From the NCBI GenBank assembly GCA_030265395.1, contig JARFYF010000094.1:92994507-93058506 (forward strand): DNA of 64,000 nt. Direction: 5' to 3'. Source of the stretch: Rhina ancylostomus (lineage: Eukaryota). The position numbers were made by a program, and so were the translations under genes. The notes beneath the pieces were generated by a model. That model did no database searches, was not told where the DNA came from, and saw only the letters and a list, made by a program, of their open reading frames with translations. Below are positions 26,846-41,369 of this stretch, piece after piece; the first letter of the stretch is position 1, and every line of letters starts with the position of its first letter.

Positions 26846-28346
26846 GTTGTTGTCATGAAATGAAAGCAGTTTCTCCTTCTCAACACTGTTGAAATCCTTT
26901 GTAATGTTTAAAGACCTCTTATTTTCTGTGGCACGAAGATGAATATCACCAGCCTTTGTAAAAATCCAAGGTCCCACTGTTCAAAGAGAGTCAGACTATT
27001 GTTGCTTGGTAAATGTTCAAATCACAAAATGAGAACAGCTCACAATACCTTGATGTAACCCACATATAAACATCATCACCCTCAGTCTCCACTATACAAA
27101 CACTTCTACCACTGAGCTCACAGAAAGGTCATGCCTTGTTTTCTTAACATGACAGCTAACACAACATCTCACGTGTGAAAAAGAATAATTGGTGTGGGGA
27201 ATATAATGAATGATTGTATATGTTAAAGCCTGCATGCAATATTTAAAATGAGCACATGATCATGGTATCTATATTTTTCAGGGTTATTGAATGTGATCAT
27301 TTTTTAATTTTGAGTGATGCATGCGTTTTCCTGGCTTCCTAAAACCATAACCTGATTGTTTGCAGATGCATATGGTCCTATGTTAAACTTGATCTCTCAT
27401 CAAAGAATTGCAGCCCCCATTACTGAAAGACTATCATGACATCTCAACACTAAGGACTTTGCCCCCATATGTCATTTGCCTTTGATCTTGATTTCAATAA
27501 TTGGTTAAATGCTTCCAGATTTCATGCAAGGTGTCAAGATTTTGATTTTATTTTATTCTCCTCATTTCCTTGAAGTATTTTGAATTCTAACCATTTATAC
27601 AAAGTTTGTACATGATTGTTCTCTTGGCCCCAGTTTGAAATGGTGTATTGCTGTGTGCCGCAAGAACAAGCTAACAAAATCAATATGTTATCTCATTCTG
27701 AATTGCAGCATCTGCTTTCCTATTACTTTGTGGATACCAGCTATTGGTTTTGTGTGCATTAATCAGTTCTGATTTGCAAGGTTGTTGAAAATGATGGAAT
27801 TGTCTGAAATTGCTTGCTCCATAATGCCATGTTATGCAAGGACAGAATTCAGATACTTAATCACATTACAAGTGGTTGCCTCTGTGATAACTTCTTAATG
27901 TTAACACTGGAAATGGCTCACTATCCACACTGGCCATTCACCAACACATTAAACCCACTCTGAACTTGAGCAGGTCCCTCGCAGCCATTTCTTCAAAGAA
28001 ACAATGCTGACTTGATTGGAGCGTAGAACCTTCCAAGTAAAAAACTTCAAAGAAATGTTTTGACAACTGGTAAAAGCTATGCATCCAGGCTGAACTGACT
28101 GTCCAAGTTGTCAAACATTTGAAAACTTGTGATTATATCTGCTGTTTGCAAACATTCAAAGACTAATTAAGCATGTAATTAAAAGAAATCAAAGGTTAAG
28201 AATATTTAATAAAGATGAAAACTATGAAATACATTTACATTAACATGATCAATTCAAAAAATGTGAAGTACTTACTTTCCTTTCTCCTTGTCTCTCTCCC
28301 TATTGGAATGGATGGAGACACTGAATTAGGCCCAGTCTCAGGTTCA

Positions 28347-28512
28347 ACAAACTGCTGAAGGATCTCAGTGGGAAGAAAAGAATAATCGCTGTTTCTGGTC
28401 GAAAACCTGCATCGAGGTTTAAAAAAATTATGATCCTGATCAACCCACTGAGTTCTTCCAGCAGATTGTTTGTTGCTTCAAATTCCAGCATCTGCAGTCT
28501 CTTGTGCCTCCG
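28347..28512. mobile_element. 166-bp Penelope terminal-repeat insertion with two inverted halves and a 12-bp TSD
   Basis: gtctcaggttca at 28335-28346 and 28513-28524; degenerate hammerhead on the minus strand at ~28385-28418. Confidence 0.75.
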
Positions 28513-28947
28513 GTCTCAGGTTCAGGGGTATTACTTCCCTGTATAATTGATGTGAAACTACCGGATGTTTGCACTCTATCCCTGACTCCATAAGGATCCA
28601 ATGCCAGAAGAGTTTATGCATTTAAGAGGAGAAGCACAAACTCCCTCACAATTACAGTGGAAAATGATAACAGAAACACATAGAACAAATGCCAGCATTT
28701 TGTACTAACGTGGGTTTCAGTAGTAGTTCATCCAAGGTCGCTTAGCTATAAGATTTCAGCTGTGAAATTTAAGGTTTGTTGGAGGTTTAGAGCAGCGATT
28801 CAGATTTCCAACATATCAGATTTTCAGTGGTTCTGCCTTTCAGGTTATTTTAAAGACTGAGTAAAGCAATTCAAAGAAGAGCTTAGAGATCCTCTGGCAT
28901 CCTGATCAACAAACCTCTCCCAAACCAACACTATCAATACCAACAAG

Positions 28948-29292
28948 GGTTGGCACAATTGTAGAGCTAGTAGGGCGGCTGCCTCACAGCTCCAGTGACC
29001 TGGGTTCAATCCCGACCACCAGCGCTGTCTGTGTGAAGTTTGCACATTCACCCTGTGACTGCATGGATTACCTCCAGGTGCTCCAGTCTTTTCCCACATC
29101 TCAAAGATATGCGGGTTTATAGGTTAGTTGGCCACCATAGGTTGGTCCTGGTGTGGAGGTGAGTGGGTAGCATCTGGGAGGAATTGATGGGGATGTGGGG
29201 AGAATAAAATGGGATTAGTCCAGGATTAATGTAAATGGTTCCTTTATGGTTAGCACAGGAAAAGTGCTTGTTTCCATGCTGTATGACTTCAT
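28948..29292 (+). mobile_element. HE1-like tRNA-derived V-SINE
   Basis: B-box ggttcaatcc, V-domain tgtgaagtttgcacatt...tcccacatctcaaaga, CR1-like tail. Confidence 0.85.
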
Positions 29293-30989
29293 GGAAACTT
29301 AATTGGTCACATTAATGGAACTTATGGAATGCAGATTGGTTGCTATGTTTTCCCATATAGTGGGATTGACAAAAGTAATTTATTGCCTGTGACGCACTTT
29401 CTGATATCCTGAGGATGAGATAAAGTGTTTTTCAACTGCAAATTTCTCTTTGTAACTAAGCCACTCAAGAGTGTCCAGCTTTAAGTGTTCTATCTACCCT
29501 CCAGCTGAACTGAGGAAAACAAATCAACTGCCCCCATGATCACTGTAAAGCATATAGTAAGGAGAAGCCATCAGATCAGCAAGTTAAAGCACAACATTCA
29601 GCATTGCAGTCTCCCTGCAGTTAATATCCTATAGTCAAGTTATGACATTAAAATTTGAATATTTTTCAGTGTAAATTTCTGATGCTTAGCTTGCATTCAG
29701 ATTTTTTACTGATATCATTATAATACAAGAAAACTGAGTGAAGCATAAATGCCCTAGAGAAGGAATACATTGGGTCATTAAGCGGAGATTTTCTGAAACT
29801 TATTGATTTTAGTGTGTGGAATGATGTTTTAATGCTTAATGAAAGGTTAATTTCTTCTAAACTGTCCTTGCGAGATGGGCATAGTCACAATATTCATCCT
29901 TATATGTGCTGACATCTGAGTTGGGCAAATCGCATTGTCAGCTACGAAGTATAGTTACAATCTAAATGGGTTGAGGTGATGGGCTCCCTTTCCTGAAGGA
30001 TGCTCATGAACTGGTTGGGTTATTCAGTGAAATCTGGAAACTTTCAATTAAACCAACAGAACTGATGTTCACACCAGACTTATCCAACAAATTCATAAAA
30101 CTTCAAACTCAGTTCCTTAATTGATGTTTTTACAAGTTTTCAAGCTCTAGACATGTTTTAATTTACATTTTTTGTTAATGGAAATGCAGATATGAGTTGT
30201 TTTATTGTGCCATTGTGAAGGAAAGGCCAGCATTCCCACCCTGAACTTGTGGCAGTGAATAGGAGCAGCTTGAACAAGTGTTGAATATGTCCCGAATGTG
30301 CTTCTCCAGCTGCTTGTCAGTTGTTTGCTGATGTGGTCACAAATGCCACACGTAGGCAGAGAAACAGCTAAACGGTCTGTGTGAGAGATTCAGGAGATGC
30401 GTTCAGCATGCAGTCTGATGGAGTGGAATGAGTAGAAAGGGTTCCAGCAGCAAGCTGCAAGCTTTTGCATTTTCTACACTGCTGCAAGTTTGAAATGTGC
30501 TATTTTCTGTCACAATTTACACTTGGACTAGAGGATGTGTCATTAAACAGGAGACTCGCTAATCCTGTCTGGCAAGGTTTCTTCATCTTTGTCACTAAAG
30601 GAAAACAGTTTGTTTCACAATCTGTTGGGATTAATCTGATTTTGCTGCTGTCTTCACTTTTCTATGGCCTGAGGTAATACACAATGAGATCTTTTTTCCT
30701 ACATTATGGAAGTCTGCACATCATGTAAATGCAGAGATCGGAGTTCACTGAAAGAAATGTAGGAACTAGGAGTGGTTATATTCAGGTATAAATAGCCATT
30801 GTTGATGAAAAAGGTTTCAGCAATTTTGTTTTGTGGGTAAAGAAGAAGATTAAGAAGATCCCAGCTCCCAGCAAACTTTCTTTGCTTCACATTCCCTGAA
30901 TGTCATTTGAGTAGATTTAGACAGTACTGATTTAATGCAGCCATGAGTTTCTAATCTTATATTCAACTCTTAGCATACATTTATCAATA

Positions 30990-31510
30990 GATCTTTGACT
31001 ACCTTCAATGCTATTTCATTCCTTCCATCACTGATACCCATATCCATCCCACTGCTCCACTGAGAATTCTTTTCAAGGCATGCTTCAGCAGTCTCTTTTG
31101 TCTCCATGCTTCCTTTGTCTAATTATCTGACTTCACAAATGGACTCCTCGTGTTCTTCACCACAAAATTTCCAACTCCTCCAAGGCTCTCCTGGCGTACT
31201 TGCCCTTCAAACTTATTGACAGTGACATATCTTCTGTAATGCACCAAATGCATTATTTCCAAGACCCTTTACCCTCTCCAGCCTTCTCCTGTGATATGTC
31301 CCAAACCAACCTTTGTTCTCCCCCTGTTATGTGGATACACTCCCTACTCCCAACATTCAACACTTGGCAAGTTTATGACTGTTTCATAAACTTGGCAAGT
31401 TTATTTTCTTTCCTCATCATTGTTAAAAGTTTCTTCAAAAGCTTCCCTTTTGACTGTTCCTTCAGTTAACCCTCCTAAATATTTTGCTACCTCGTCCACA
31501 TCTCTTCTAC
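30990..31510 (+). mobile_element. Old L2-like LINE 3' fragment
   Basis: Pyrimidine-rich, with an L2-type end (ttcaaaagcttcccttttgactgttccttcagttaacc). Confidence 0.45.
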
Positions 31511-31954
31511 GGCAGGCATTTTTTTAACATTTTGTTTTTTTTTAATGCCCTCTGAATATTCAAGTTTTTGTAAACAAACAATGGTCTCATAAGCTGTTCT
31601 TGCATTGTCAGTTTGGAGCTAATTCCTATACTCATAAACATGAAGTCACAAACTTTCAGTCCTCTCCCATTCTGAATTGACAAACTTATCAAGATCAACA
31701 AAAGCTGCAGAACATAGTTGTGGTTTATATACCGAGGATCCTCCACCTTAAAGTATAAATGAACATTTAGACTATTGTGTACTTAAGTAACCTTTGGGTT
31801 ATAATTAGTGAAATCATTTTCTGTCAGGCTGTGGGAAAATTATTGTGTGCAGAAAGCTGTCCAGACAACTGAGCATTGAATAAGCAGTAGTGATCTGTTC
31901 ACTCTGCGGGTTGCACTGGATCACCGTACCTTAGTGGAGTGCCACATCAAAACA

Positions 31955-32140
31955 AAATGAGAGGTAACTTGATAGAGGTGTACAAGATGATAAGAGGCAT
32001 AAATCGAGTGGACAGTCAGAGACTTTTTCCCAGGGCGAGAAGTGGCTAACACGAGGGGGCATAATTTTAAAGTGACGGGAGGAAGGTATAAGGGAGGTGT
32101 GAGAGTTAAGTATTTTATACAGAGAGTGGTGGGTGCATGG
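31955..32140 (+). mobile_element. CR1 3' fragment, truncated by a gap
   Basis: ANTRGHNFKVTGGRYKG; closely similar to 1433-1595. Confidence 0.85.
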
Positions 32141-33224
32141 NNNNNNNNNNNNNNNNNNNNNNNNNNNNNNNNNNNNNNNNNNNNNNNNNNNNNNNNNNNN
32201 NNNNNNNNNNNNNNNNNNNNNNNNNNNNNNNNNNNNNNNNNNNNNNNNNNNNNNNNNNNNNNNNNNNNNNNNNNNNNNNNNNNNNNNNNNNNNNNNNNNN
32301 NNNNNNNNNNNNNNNNNNNNNNNNNNNNNNNNNNNNNNNNNNNNNNNNNNNNNNNNNNNNNNNNNNNNNNNNNNNNNNNNNNNNNNNNNNNNNNNNNNNN
32401 NNNNNNNNNNNNNNNNNNNNNNNNNNNNNNNNNNNNNAAACATGGTGCATTACTGGAGAAGAAACCGACTGAGGAAAGGTGAAGAATACTTTCTAATAAT
32501 CCTGCTTTTCCACAAAACCTTTACTCAGCACAGTTGTCAATCATTGTTTGATCCTTCTCCAATTCTGCGCTTTTAAATGGCTTTTAAATGATGAACCACC
32601 TCATCCTTTGGTGTAAGAGTCACACTAATACTTTATTCCCTTCTTTTACTTTTCTGTTCTGCATATTCCCCTTCTACATGATTGTACTTGTCTATTAGTT
32701 TCTATAAAACTGCTCCAAAAATTCCTTATTTGAAGAACATGCTGAGTTTTGTTCATATATTCTGATGGTAGCCAACAGAGGGAGCTTTTGCGTTCCATTT
32801 CACTGATTTTAAGTGATACAGGTCCTCCACTAGCATAGAATCTTAGGACTGTAACAGCACAAAAGGAAGCCATTCTATGCTGGCTCCTGGTACAGCAATT
32901 TTGATTAAAGTTATATTATTCATAGACACAAATGTTGTTCAATACATTTAGAAGTCAAGAAGATTCCATTTGAACATCATTCTTCCATTTCACTGCCCAC
33001 TATATATGACACAAGGTAGCAATGCCATGAAAAACATTGAAGATTTCAGTCAGAAACATTTGAATGGAACTTTTTTGCAAAGAGAACTCAGGATAATTCT
33101 AGGTTTTGTCCTACATTAGTAACTTCTACTGATACCCACTAAGGAACATCCAAGGAATAATAGAGTTACAATAGCAGAAGTACAATGGATATTGGAGATT
33201 TAAAATAAAAAATATTTTCAGCGC

Positions 33225-33750
33225 AATTACTATGGGGAGAAAAAGCAGAGTTAACGTATCAGGCTGGTGACTTTTCATCTGATCTTCCTCTCCTTCACAT
33301 GTTCATCCATCAAAAGCATAGATCTTGACATCGACGGGCACAACTTTGTCACCTCTGCCTATCACCACCCAGCCTCTGTCGCTATTTCCACTCTTCGCTC
33401 CTCCATTTGCCTTGCCCCACCTCACCTGGATCCCCCTTTCACTTGTTAGCTCCTACCCCACCCCTTCCCTTCATCTCTAAACTAGCCTCTCCCCTCAGTG
33501 CAGATGAAGGGTCGACTGTACATTTCCTTCCACAGATACTGCTTGACCTGCTGAGTTCCTCTAGTATCTTGTTTGTTGCTACATTACAAAGCTCATAAGT
33601 TGAATTTAGCAAACTCCCGATCAGAGCACTCTGTGTGCATTTGTAGCATTGCCTCATTACACCACCCGTGCTCTTGAATGGCCAATTAAGTACATTAATG
33701 TTGTCTAACCTGCTGAATTTCTCCAGCATTTTATGTTTTTATTTTCATAT
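33225..33750. mobile_element. Penelope terminal-repeat fragments in both orientations
   Basis: gagttaacgtatcagg...ttcatctga (minus-strand hammerhead remnant); cagtgcagatgaagggtcgactg; acctgctgagttcctc. Confidence 0.7.
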
Positions 33751-36614
33751 CAGAATTAGCCTTTATCAGCTATCTTTGGCCATTCTCCTGCTCATCCCTA
33801 TGAGATAGCACCAATTTCAGCAATGGATCTACATTAGTTGTTCCTTCAAGCTCACTTCTTCCATTCTCCAATGCCAGGCTCTGCTTCAAATGAATTATTT
33901 TATATTCATCCCAGCTCTTCAGTGTGACATCATCTCTGTAGGGTCAGACTTGATTCCATCTTAACCAGTTCAACCATTTATTTACGTTTTTTGAATGACA
34001 GATCACTATGCACTTCCTGCATATCCCTGGTTTATCTGTTTCTGTCAGTGACTTTGCATTCAAGAATCCTTTTGTGGTGTGCTCAAGTTTAATGACACAG
34101 TTTACTGGATGTCAGTTACCTCTAATTGTGCACTCATGTCCCTCAATAAAAAAGATGTATACTTCATCTACTTGGAAGCTTAAGATGTTTTAAATGCAGA
34201 CAGTCTGGTCATTGATGGATACTATTATCGCCCAGTTGTAAATTATACAGTATCTTAATTGTTAGAGTCAATGCAGCAATCACGATAAGTATAGAAGAGT
34301 CCTTGCCATCACTTTATAAAAGTTACTATATCCTGGGAAATACTTCATTGACTATAAAGACATTTTTAAATGGCCTGAACTTATGTAAGGTATTACATAA
34401 ATACATGTCTTTTCTTCACTAGTCTGTAAATTGATAAATGTTTGAGAGCAAATTGCATATAAAAGCAGTTTAGCGCATTTTTGAAGTGTGAGTACCCATT
34501 ACTTGCGGAAAGTCAATCAATCAGGACACTGGACTGGACATTTCCAGGCACAATTTACCAAAGCGTAGATCATTCCATCATCATTTGTGAGCATAATTTT
34601 GCCATCAATGTTTGCAAATCTCATCTCAACCAACAGATATTGGAGCAATGATGGCAACTTATGACAATTTTTCTTAACCCCCATTAAAACAAGGAGCAAA
34701 CCTTGCAGCAAGTCACCAATAAAATGGGAATTAAAGAGTCCCCATTGGAGCATCAATGTTTTGGCCACACGTTCTGACAATTATCTTCCTGTGGTCCATT
34801 TTTGTCCACAGGCAATAATCAATGCACTTCCATATTACATATTTCAGTGCAAGATGACATGATCAGTGGCCCCTTGATGATCCAATGCCTCACAGTGACT
34901 TGGGGGACTCATAGCACAGGGGTCCATTGGACTGGACTATCACATGGAGAGTGTGGGTGTCCATACACATTGCATAGTATACACGGCCCCACCTTTTCTC
35001 TTCCCCCATCCCTCCCTCTCACTTCCACTGCAGCTACCATGCATCTATTCTGCATCTGCCATGGAGAAAGGCTCTGACTGGTCAACATGGCATTAATGAG
35101 GCAACCGCAACTTCTGCAGTCAACTGGCTTCAGATAATGCATGTTAACAAATTAATAAGTGTGAAATCCACCCTAACCATCTAGCTGCTGAGTTTTCCAC
35201 CACTTCTCTAATTTTTTTTGTGGGTTCCTCGATCGAGTGATCACACTACCCATTGTGCCCAAAAAGTATACCAAAAGAGAGTGAATTTCAATTTTTAGGT
35301 ATTTAGGCATTCAAACCCTGCTCATAATCTCTTCATCACTCAACTACAAACCGTTGTCATCGTTACTTATTTTTTGATAGGTTCATTAAAATGTACATGA
35401 TCAATGTTCAGTTGAACCTTGGCCAGAATAGTGACAGGGAGCTGATTAAATAATGAGTACAGTCATATTTGTGATGCTGTAGAAACTGGAACCAGGGAAG
35501 ACTTTGGTTGGCATTGTAACCAGGATTTTGACTCCTCTGTTCATGACACTCAGAGTCCATTGTGGCCTTTACATTGGAACATAATTACCGACTTACACAG
35601 ATTAAGGTTGTTCTCGGAATAAAGCTGTTTATTGTGTGTATAGTGTTAGCTTATTTGCTTGATGAGATCAGCAGACTTTTTATAATTGCCTGTCTAGCTA
35701 GTATTTACGTCATTCTTGACAATGAACCACAAAGCATACAAAGTTTTACAAATGTTAAACTGGCACTAATTTACTGACAGGATTGGAGTATCCTTTTTCT
35801 TAAAGACAGGCCATATTCTTGGCCCAGCTGCCCAACAGTTAATTGTTAATGAATAGTATTTTCTGCCAAATAACATCTGTTTTCACGTTAGTGAGCATGA
35901 GGAATATTTTGAGTGCATGTTGTAATCTGTGACATCATCCCTTTGCTTAGAGTAGGACTGAGAAGTGTAGCTCAGCTGGTCAGCAAAGGATGTGCTAATT
36001 TCTTTTCCCAACACAAAGAAGAAAATGATTTAATAGTTATTGATTTTAATACCCGTTCTCCAATAAGAAGAAATCAATGTTCTCTTTATTACCACTAGGT
36101 GCCAGTAAATGTTCTTATAATCATATCCTTTGGAATGGCAAGTGTTGCATTCTACGAATTTTGGATATGTTATTTACCAAATTAGAGCTCAAGCATTTTG
36201 TCTTCTATCTTAATTGCACAGTACCTATTTCTAGGCAAATAAACAAATTCTACTTTGATTTTACAAAAATACTTCAATCTGACAGACTCATTGCTGGTTG
36301 TCAAAGAAAGAGAAGCATAGCTCCAGCAGATAATAAGACTGGTCTCGTCAATTGTTACAAAAAAATATTGTTTGCCCATCAAAGAAATTGCATTTTTCTT
36401 TTCAATTTTATTCAGCTGCTTATCTTTATTATAGACAGTAAAGGAGATAACAATGGATCTTAAATATATACACAAAACTGTGGAATGATTAGAAATGCAT
36501 CATTAATGCAACATATTATTCATTTTGTTGTAATGATAGATACAATGCACTCTACACAGGATGCTTATTGTTAAAATTCTTGTAATCTATAACAAGAATA
36601 AATTATATTTATAT

Positions 36615-37130
36615 AGTATCTTTAATGCTACAAGATACCCCAAGCATCCTTCAAGGAATGCTGCTAAGTACAAATTTTGACGCCAACATACAAAAGCTGA
36701 TATTAGGACAGATAATTCAAAGCTTGGTCAAAGAGGTTTTAAGGAGCATTCTAAGAGAAGAGTGATTTAGATATGGTGAGGTTTATGGAGAGAATTTCAG
36801 AACTTGGGCCATCCCTGTTAAAGGCAAATTAAAACTTGCAGTCATTAAATTCAGGCTTGATTAAGAGAATGGACTTGGGAAAGTGCCGATATCGTGGGAG
36901 GTTACATGACTGGAAGAGATGACAGAGCGGGGAGGGCTGATGGTTATGGATTGATACAAAAATGAATATGAACATTTTAAAATTGATGCCTTAACCAAGA
37001 ACTAATGTAGGTTAGCAAGTACAGCAGTAATGGGTGAAAGGGACATGAGTTAGCAAAGCACAGACTACATAGGAACAGGACCTTGCATGTAAGATGGGTG
37101 TGAAGGTAAGATAAAACCAGGAGGCTAAAA
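36615..37130 (-). mobile_element. L2-like LINE 3' remnant
   Basis: aaagcttggtcaaagaggttttaaggagcattcta motif. Confidence 0.55.
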
Positions 37131-38886
37131 TATCTTTTGTACATTAAACCACAATTAAACCTTGTGATTGTTTCCCTGAGAGAAGATTCCACTTCTCACA
37201 ATGTAAAAGAGAGAGTGAGAATACTTGTTATTTTCTCACTTTTTTCCCCCAGAGTGTTCCAGATTCACTTGCAAACATAAACTTCTAATGCAGGCATAAT
37301 AGATAAAATAATAACTATGAAGCTGCTGGAGTCTGACTCTATGGACATAGTTTTCAGACAGCCCCTCTCTAAAATAGGCAAGTCACAACATTCACTGTGA
37401 CTTTCCAAAAGCACTTTGCAGTCATCTACCATTAAAAGTTACTTTTTGTACCTTCTTACATTATGTGTACTCCTCTTCAGATTCATATTGTCAGGAGAGA
37501 AGAATGAAGACATTTAAAAAATGTGTATTTTCTTTAAACCAGTTCATTAACTTTCAGTTAGTTGGTGAATTGTATTTTGTCATTTGATATAAGTTATAAA
37601 ATCGCTCATGTTTTCCTGGCAAAGTCAAATATGTGATTAGTTAAGCAAATTGTATCACCATTAACTTCCAGACACCTCCCTCCCACCACTTTGTCTGTGG
37701 TGCCTGCAGTGCTAACCCAGAGCAGGAAGACATGGGAACTGAGAGTCTATAGTTTTTATTGCTTGTTATCACCCTCATATACAGAACAATCCATCATGTT
37801 TGAAGTCACAGGTATTTTAGTGAGCAAGTGTTTGGAATTTTGTGTGACAATGTGATCTCTGCTCGGTGATTTTCAACATGTTTGGTGGTCATTTCTACAG
37901 CGAGCTTTCAGCAGAGAGAATTTGGGCTCATCTACTTTGGCCTTTGGTCTTTGACCTTTGCTGAGCAATCACAGGGCAGACTGAAAGATGAGCGTTTGAA
38001 ATATGTTAGGGCAGTGAAAAGTCTGTCCATCTTTTCTCTTGATATGCTGTTCCACTGTCATTTACTATGAAACATTGTTGTGCTTTTTGCTACTTGATAT
38101 AAACATAGTTCATCGAGTGTGGTCAGGGTCTGCGTACATCCTTCCACTTCTGTCCCTCTGGTTTTGTTCCGAAGCGTACTCCATAGGGAAATCTCCATAA
38201 CAGCTGCTTTCTGTCATCTACAAGTGTGCTCTGTAAACAGAGCACAAACACTTTTGTGGAAAAAAACAAGTATGTGATTAAGCTGTTTATAATATTGCTG
38301 CATAAAATATGTTCATATTTACAGTATGTCTGTGCGGTCATTGTAGACATGCAAGTTACAAGCTCGTAAACAATAGATTCAGTCTAAAAGTAAATATTAC
38401 AGTTACTCAGATGCTTCAGCTCTTTATGAGAGTATTTGACCTCAGTTATTGGGAACAATTTCACCAAGATGAAAGACCTTAAATAAACATTACCACCCAG
38501 AATTAGTAGGCATCGTCTAAAGACTAAAGAATTGGAGGAGTAAGTGGAATCGGGGTGGAACTCAATCAGAGATAGGAAGGAGGGAGCTAGTTGGAATAAG
38601 ATGTTGCCAGTACAATTGGGAATGGCACTGAGGAAGGAAAATAAAGGATGAGGTTGATAGGTTAATGATTAATACAGTGGGATAATACAAAGAACTACTG
38701 TCTCACATCTCCAGCTCAAGTTTGACCTCTGCAGCCTCATAATTATCGTTTTGTCTTTGTGGAGTTTTCACATTCTTCAAGGTTTTCCCTGAGTGCCCCA
38801 GTTTCTGCCCTCATCCTAAAAACACGCCAGTTGGTAGGTTAATGTTTGTTGTCGGTGGGTTCTAGGGGAATCAGTGTGGAGACAAT

Positions 38887-39195
38887 GATAAGATAAGATA
38901 AGATAAGACCTTTATTAGTCACATGTACATCAAAACACACAGTGAAATGCATCTTTCCGTAGAGTGTTGTGGGGGCAGCCCACAAGTGTTGCCACGCTTC
39001 CAGCGCCAACATAGCATGCCCACAACTTCCTAACCAGTATGTCTTTGGAACGCGGGAGGAAACCAGAGCACCCAGATGAAACCCATGCAGTCACAGGGAG
39101 AACATATAAACTCCTTACAGACAGCGGCCGGAACTGAACCCAGGTCGCTGATGCTGTAAAAGCATAACGCTAACCACTACACCTACCGTGCCTCC
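38887..39195 (-). mobile_element. Young tRNA-derived SINE with a (GATAA)n tail, nested in an older HE1-like SINE (~38700-39330, +)
   Basis: gataagataag tail, V-domain ggaaaccagagcacccagatgaaaccc, tRNA-like head; related copies at 48883 and 54405. Confidence 0.85.
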
Positions 39196-41369
39196 GCTAC
39201 ACTACCATGCCTCTGAGCATATCAGAGAGAATGAGCCACATGGAAATAAGTGGGGGAATGGATTGATAGTGTGGATCTGAGAACCAGCATTGACTCGATG
39301 GGCCAAATGACCTCCTTCTATGTTGTGAAATATACATATGAATAGGAAGCTAAGAATGAGGGCAAAAGGTATTGAGGAGACAGGTAAATTTCCTGGCCAG
39401 GGAAATATCAGAAGGACTTCCTTCTGTATTAATCATCATCCCTGAGGAACATGAAATGAAGCAATCTGGAAAATCAAAGTTTTAGCAATCTAAAATCAAA
39501 AACTAACTTATCATTGTACATTGACTGTATTTTGTTAAATCTCAAAGGCCAAAGAGAAGAAAACATCAACTTTTTTCATTCCTTTAAAGTCAACTAGGAT
39601 AGTAAGATGGTAAATTGATGTGAGCATGTTCCTCATTTACAGGTGGCAATTCATTGGGAAAGCTACTAAGTTATTTTATTAAACAGGCAACTTAAACAAA
39701 ACATTGCTTCTTTAAAATAGACAACATCAACAAGAGAGATACAAAACTGTGGCCTTTACTAGAGATGTTGGAGTAGAGTTTTCGTCTGCCACCCAGGCAT
39801 AAAGCTGGTTTTGAAGATTGACCACCCATGATGGATCCCATTTGAGATGAGTAGGCAGGTTCTAAAGCAGATGAGTGATGTGCTTCACACATTTACCACC
39901 CAGGCAGAAAAGAAAATGTCCCACCTTCAAAACAGTGCTTGGCAATGTTCCTCGTCTAGATTTATTGATATTGTTTTATTGTGGTCAGTATTACATCTGC
40001 TTTGCACTAGTTTCCTCCTCTGCACACAGTAGAGCTCTGGAAACTACATGCGTCTCGACCATTTGCATCCTGTGGCATTGAGCTCCTGCACCTGTCATGA
40101 ACTNNNNNNNNNNGTTGGATCACTCCCCCTCCTGATGTGCTTGAACTTTGCTCTGAGGAATTAGAGTGTAAATACTTCTCCCCATCCCCACCAGTTTTAG
40201 TGCTTCTTTGATACCTAGCCACTCTGCCACCATGCTGCTAGCTATATAAATACACACACTTTCTGCCTCCTGGCCTGTTTCCCTGAAGCTATTTCATAAT
40301 GTTCTGCATGTTTGGGACCTCTCTGGACATCCCTCTATATTTGCAGGTCTTTGGAGCAACTGCAAGAGGATCAGAAGATGANNNNNNNNNNNNNNNNNNN
40401 NNNNNNNNNNNNNNNNNNNNNNNNNNNNNNNNNNNNNNNNNNNNNNNNNNNNNNNNNNNNNNNNNNNNNNNNNNNNNNNNNNNNNNGGGGCTGTGGGTTT
40501 CTTTAGGAGCCCACACTATAAAAATATGGACAAACCATTCCGACTGCAGGCATGGCTCTCGTAGGCAGCTGCAGGGATAACATCTGACTTGAACTTTTGC
40601 ACCACTAAGTGCTTCCAGACAAGAACAGGAGATAGCTGCCAAGAGCTCCAAGCTGGGGATACATTTGTCTTGACCTTCTATATGTGAAGTAGAGCTAGTT
40701 TGACATGCATTCAGCATGACAGTCTGCGTGCTTCCGGCACAAGCATTTATGATAAGCTTCTGTGTGCATGCTCAAAACCTGCTTATTATATTGGATATAT
40801 TCTGTGATCTCATACTTGCATTTAGCATGTGCTTGTCATAACGTGCTGTATGTACTAAGCTCTTATTTCATTCTTCCCTTTGCCTGCTCTCCTGTCACTT
40901 AAAAACCAAGGTCTATATCACTTTGTCCACAATTCAATGAAATGGTAATAAAACAGTAGATCAGGTCAGTGGCAAAATGCTGAAGCTTTTCTCACAACAA
41001 TTTGCAGTGAGAAGGAAAGAGATTTAAACTACTAAATTAATTATTTAATATATCAGCAATTAGAAACTTTTGCCAGGATTTGGCATCCTGGTATTTATTC
41101 GCAAGGTATTTTGTCCGCCTAATTAAAGAGGAGTGCCAAATGGTTGTGAGAACTGCTTTAAAGGGTGTCTTAATGATTAGAGGTAAAGAGTCAAGGTCAA
41201 TTTACTTAATACCAACTGCCTTTGCTTCATTGTAACTAGCTGATGAATAAATGATAATGGAGCCTCTCATGAAAAACTATCAAAAAGAGATTTAAAAGAA
41301 ATCTCTGAATCAAACAGCAGGATTTATGCTTTTGTTTCCGCCTGTCTTTTTCTCTTCTCTTTTACCCAG

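Noticed and set aside
31931-32576. Long ORFs spanning N runs, also at 45112 and 48043-48630
   Set aside because: Their length is an artefact of translated gaps.
34517-35142. Possible further Harbinger transposase remnant on the minus strand
   Set aside because: Only a weak frameshifted GSF.GAT-like resemblance, too little to call.
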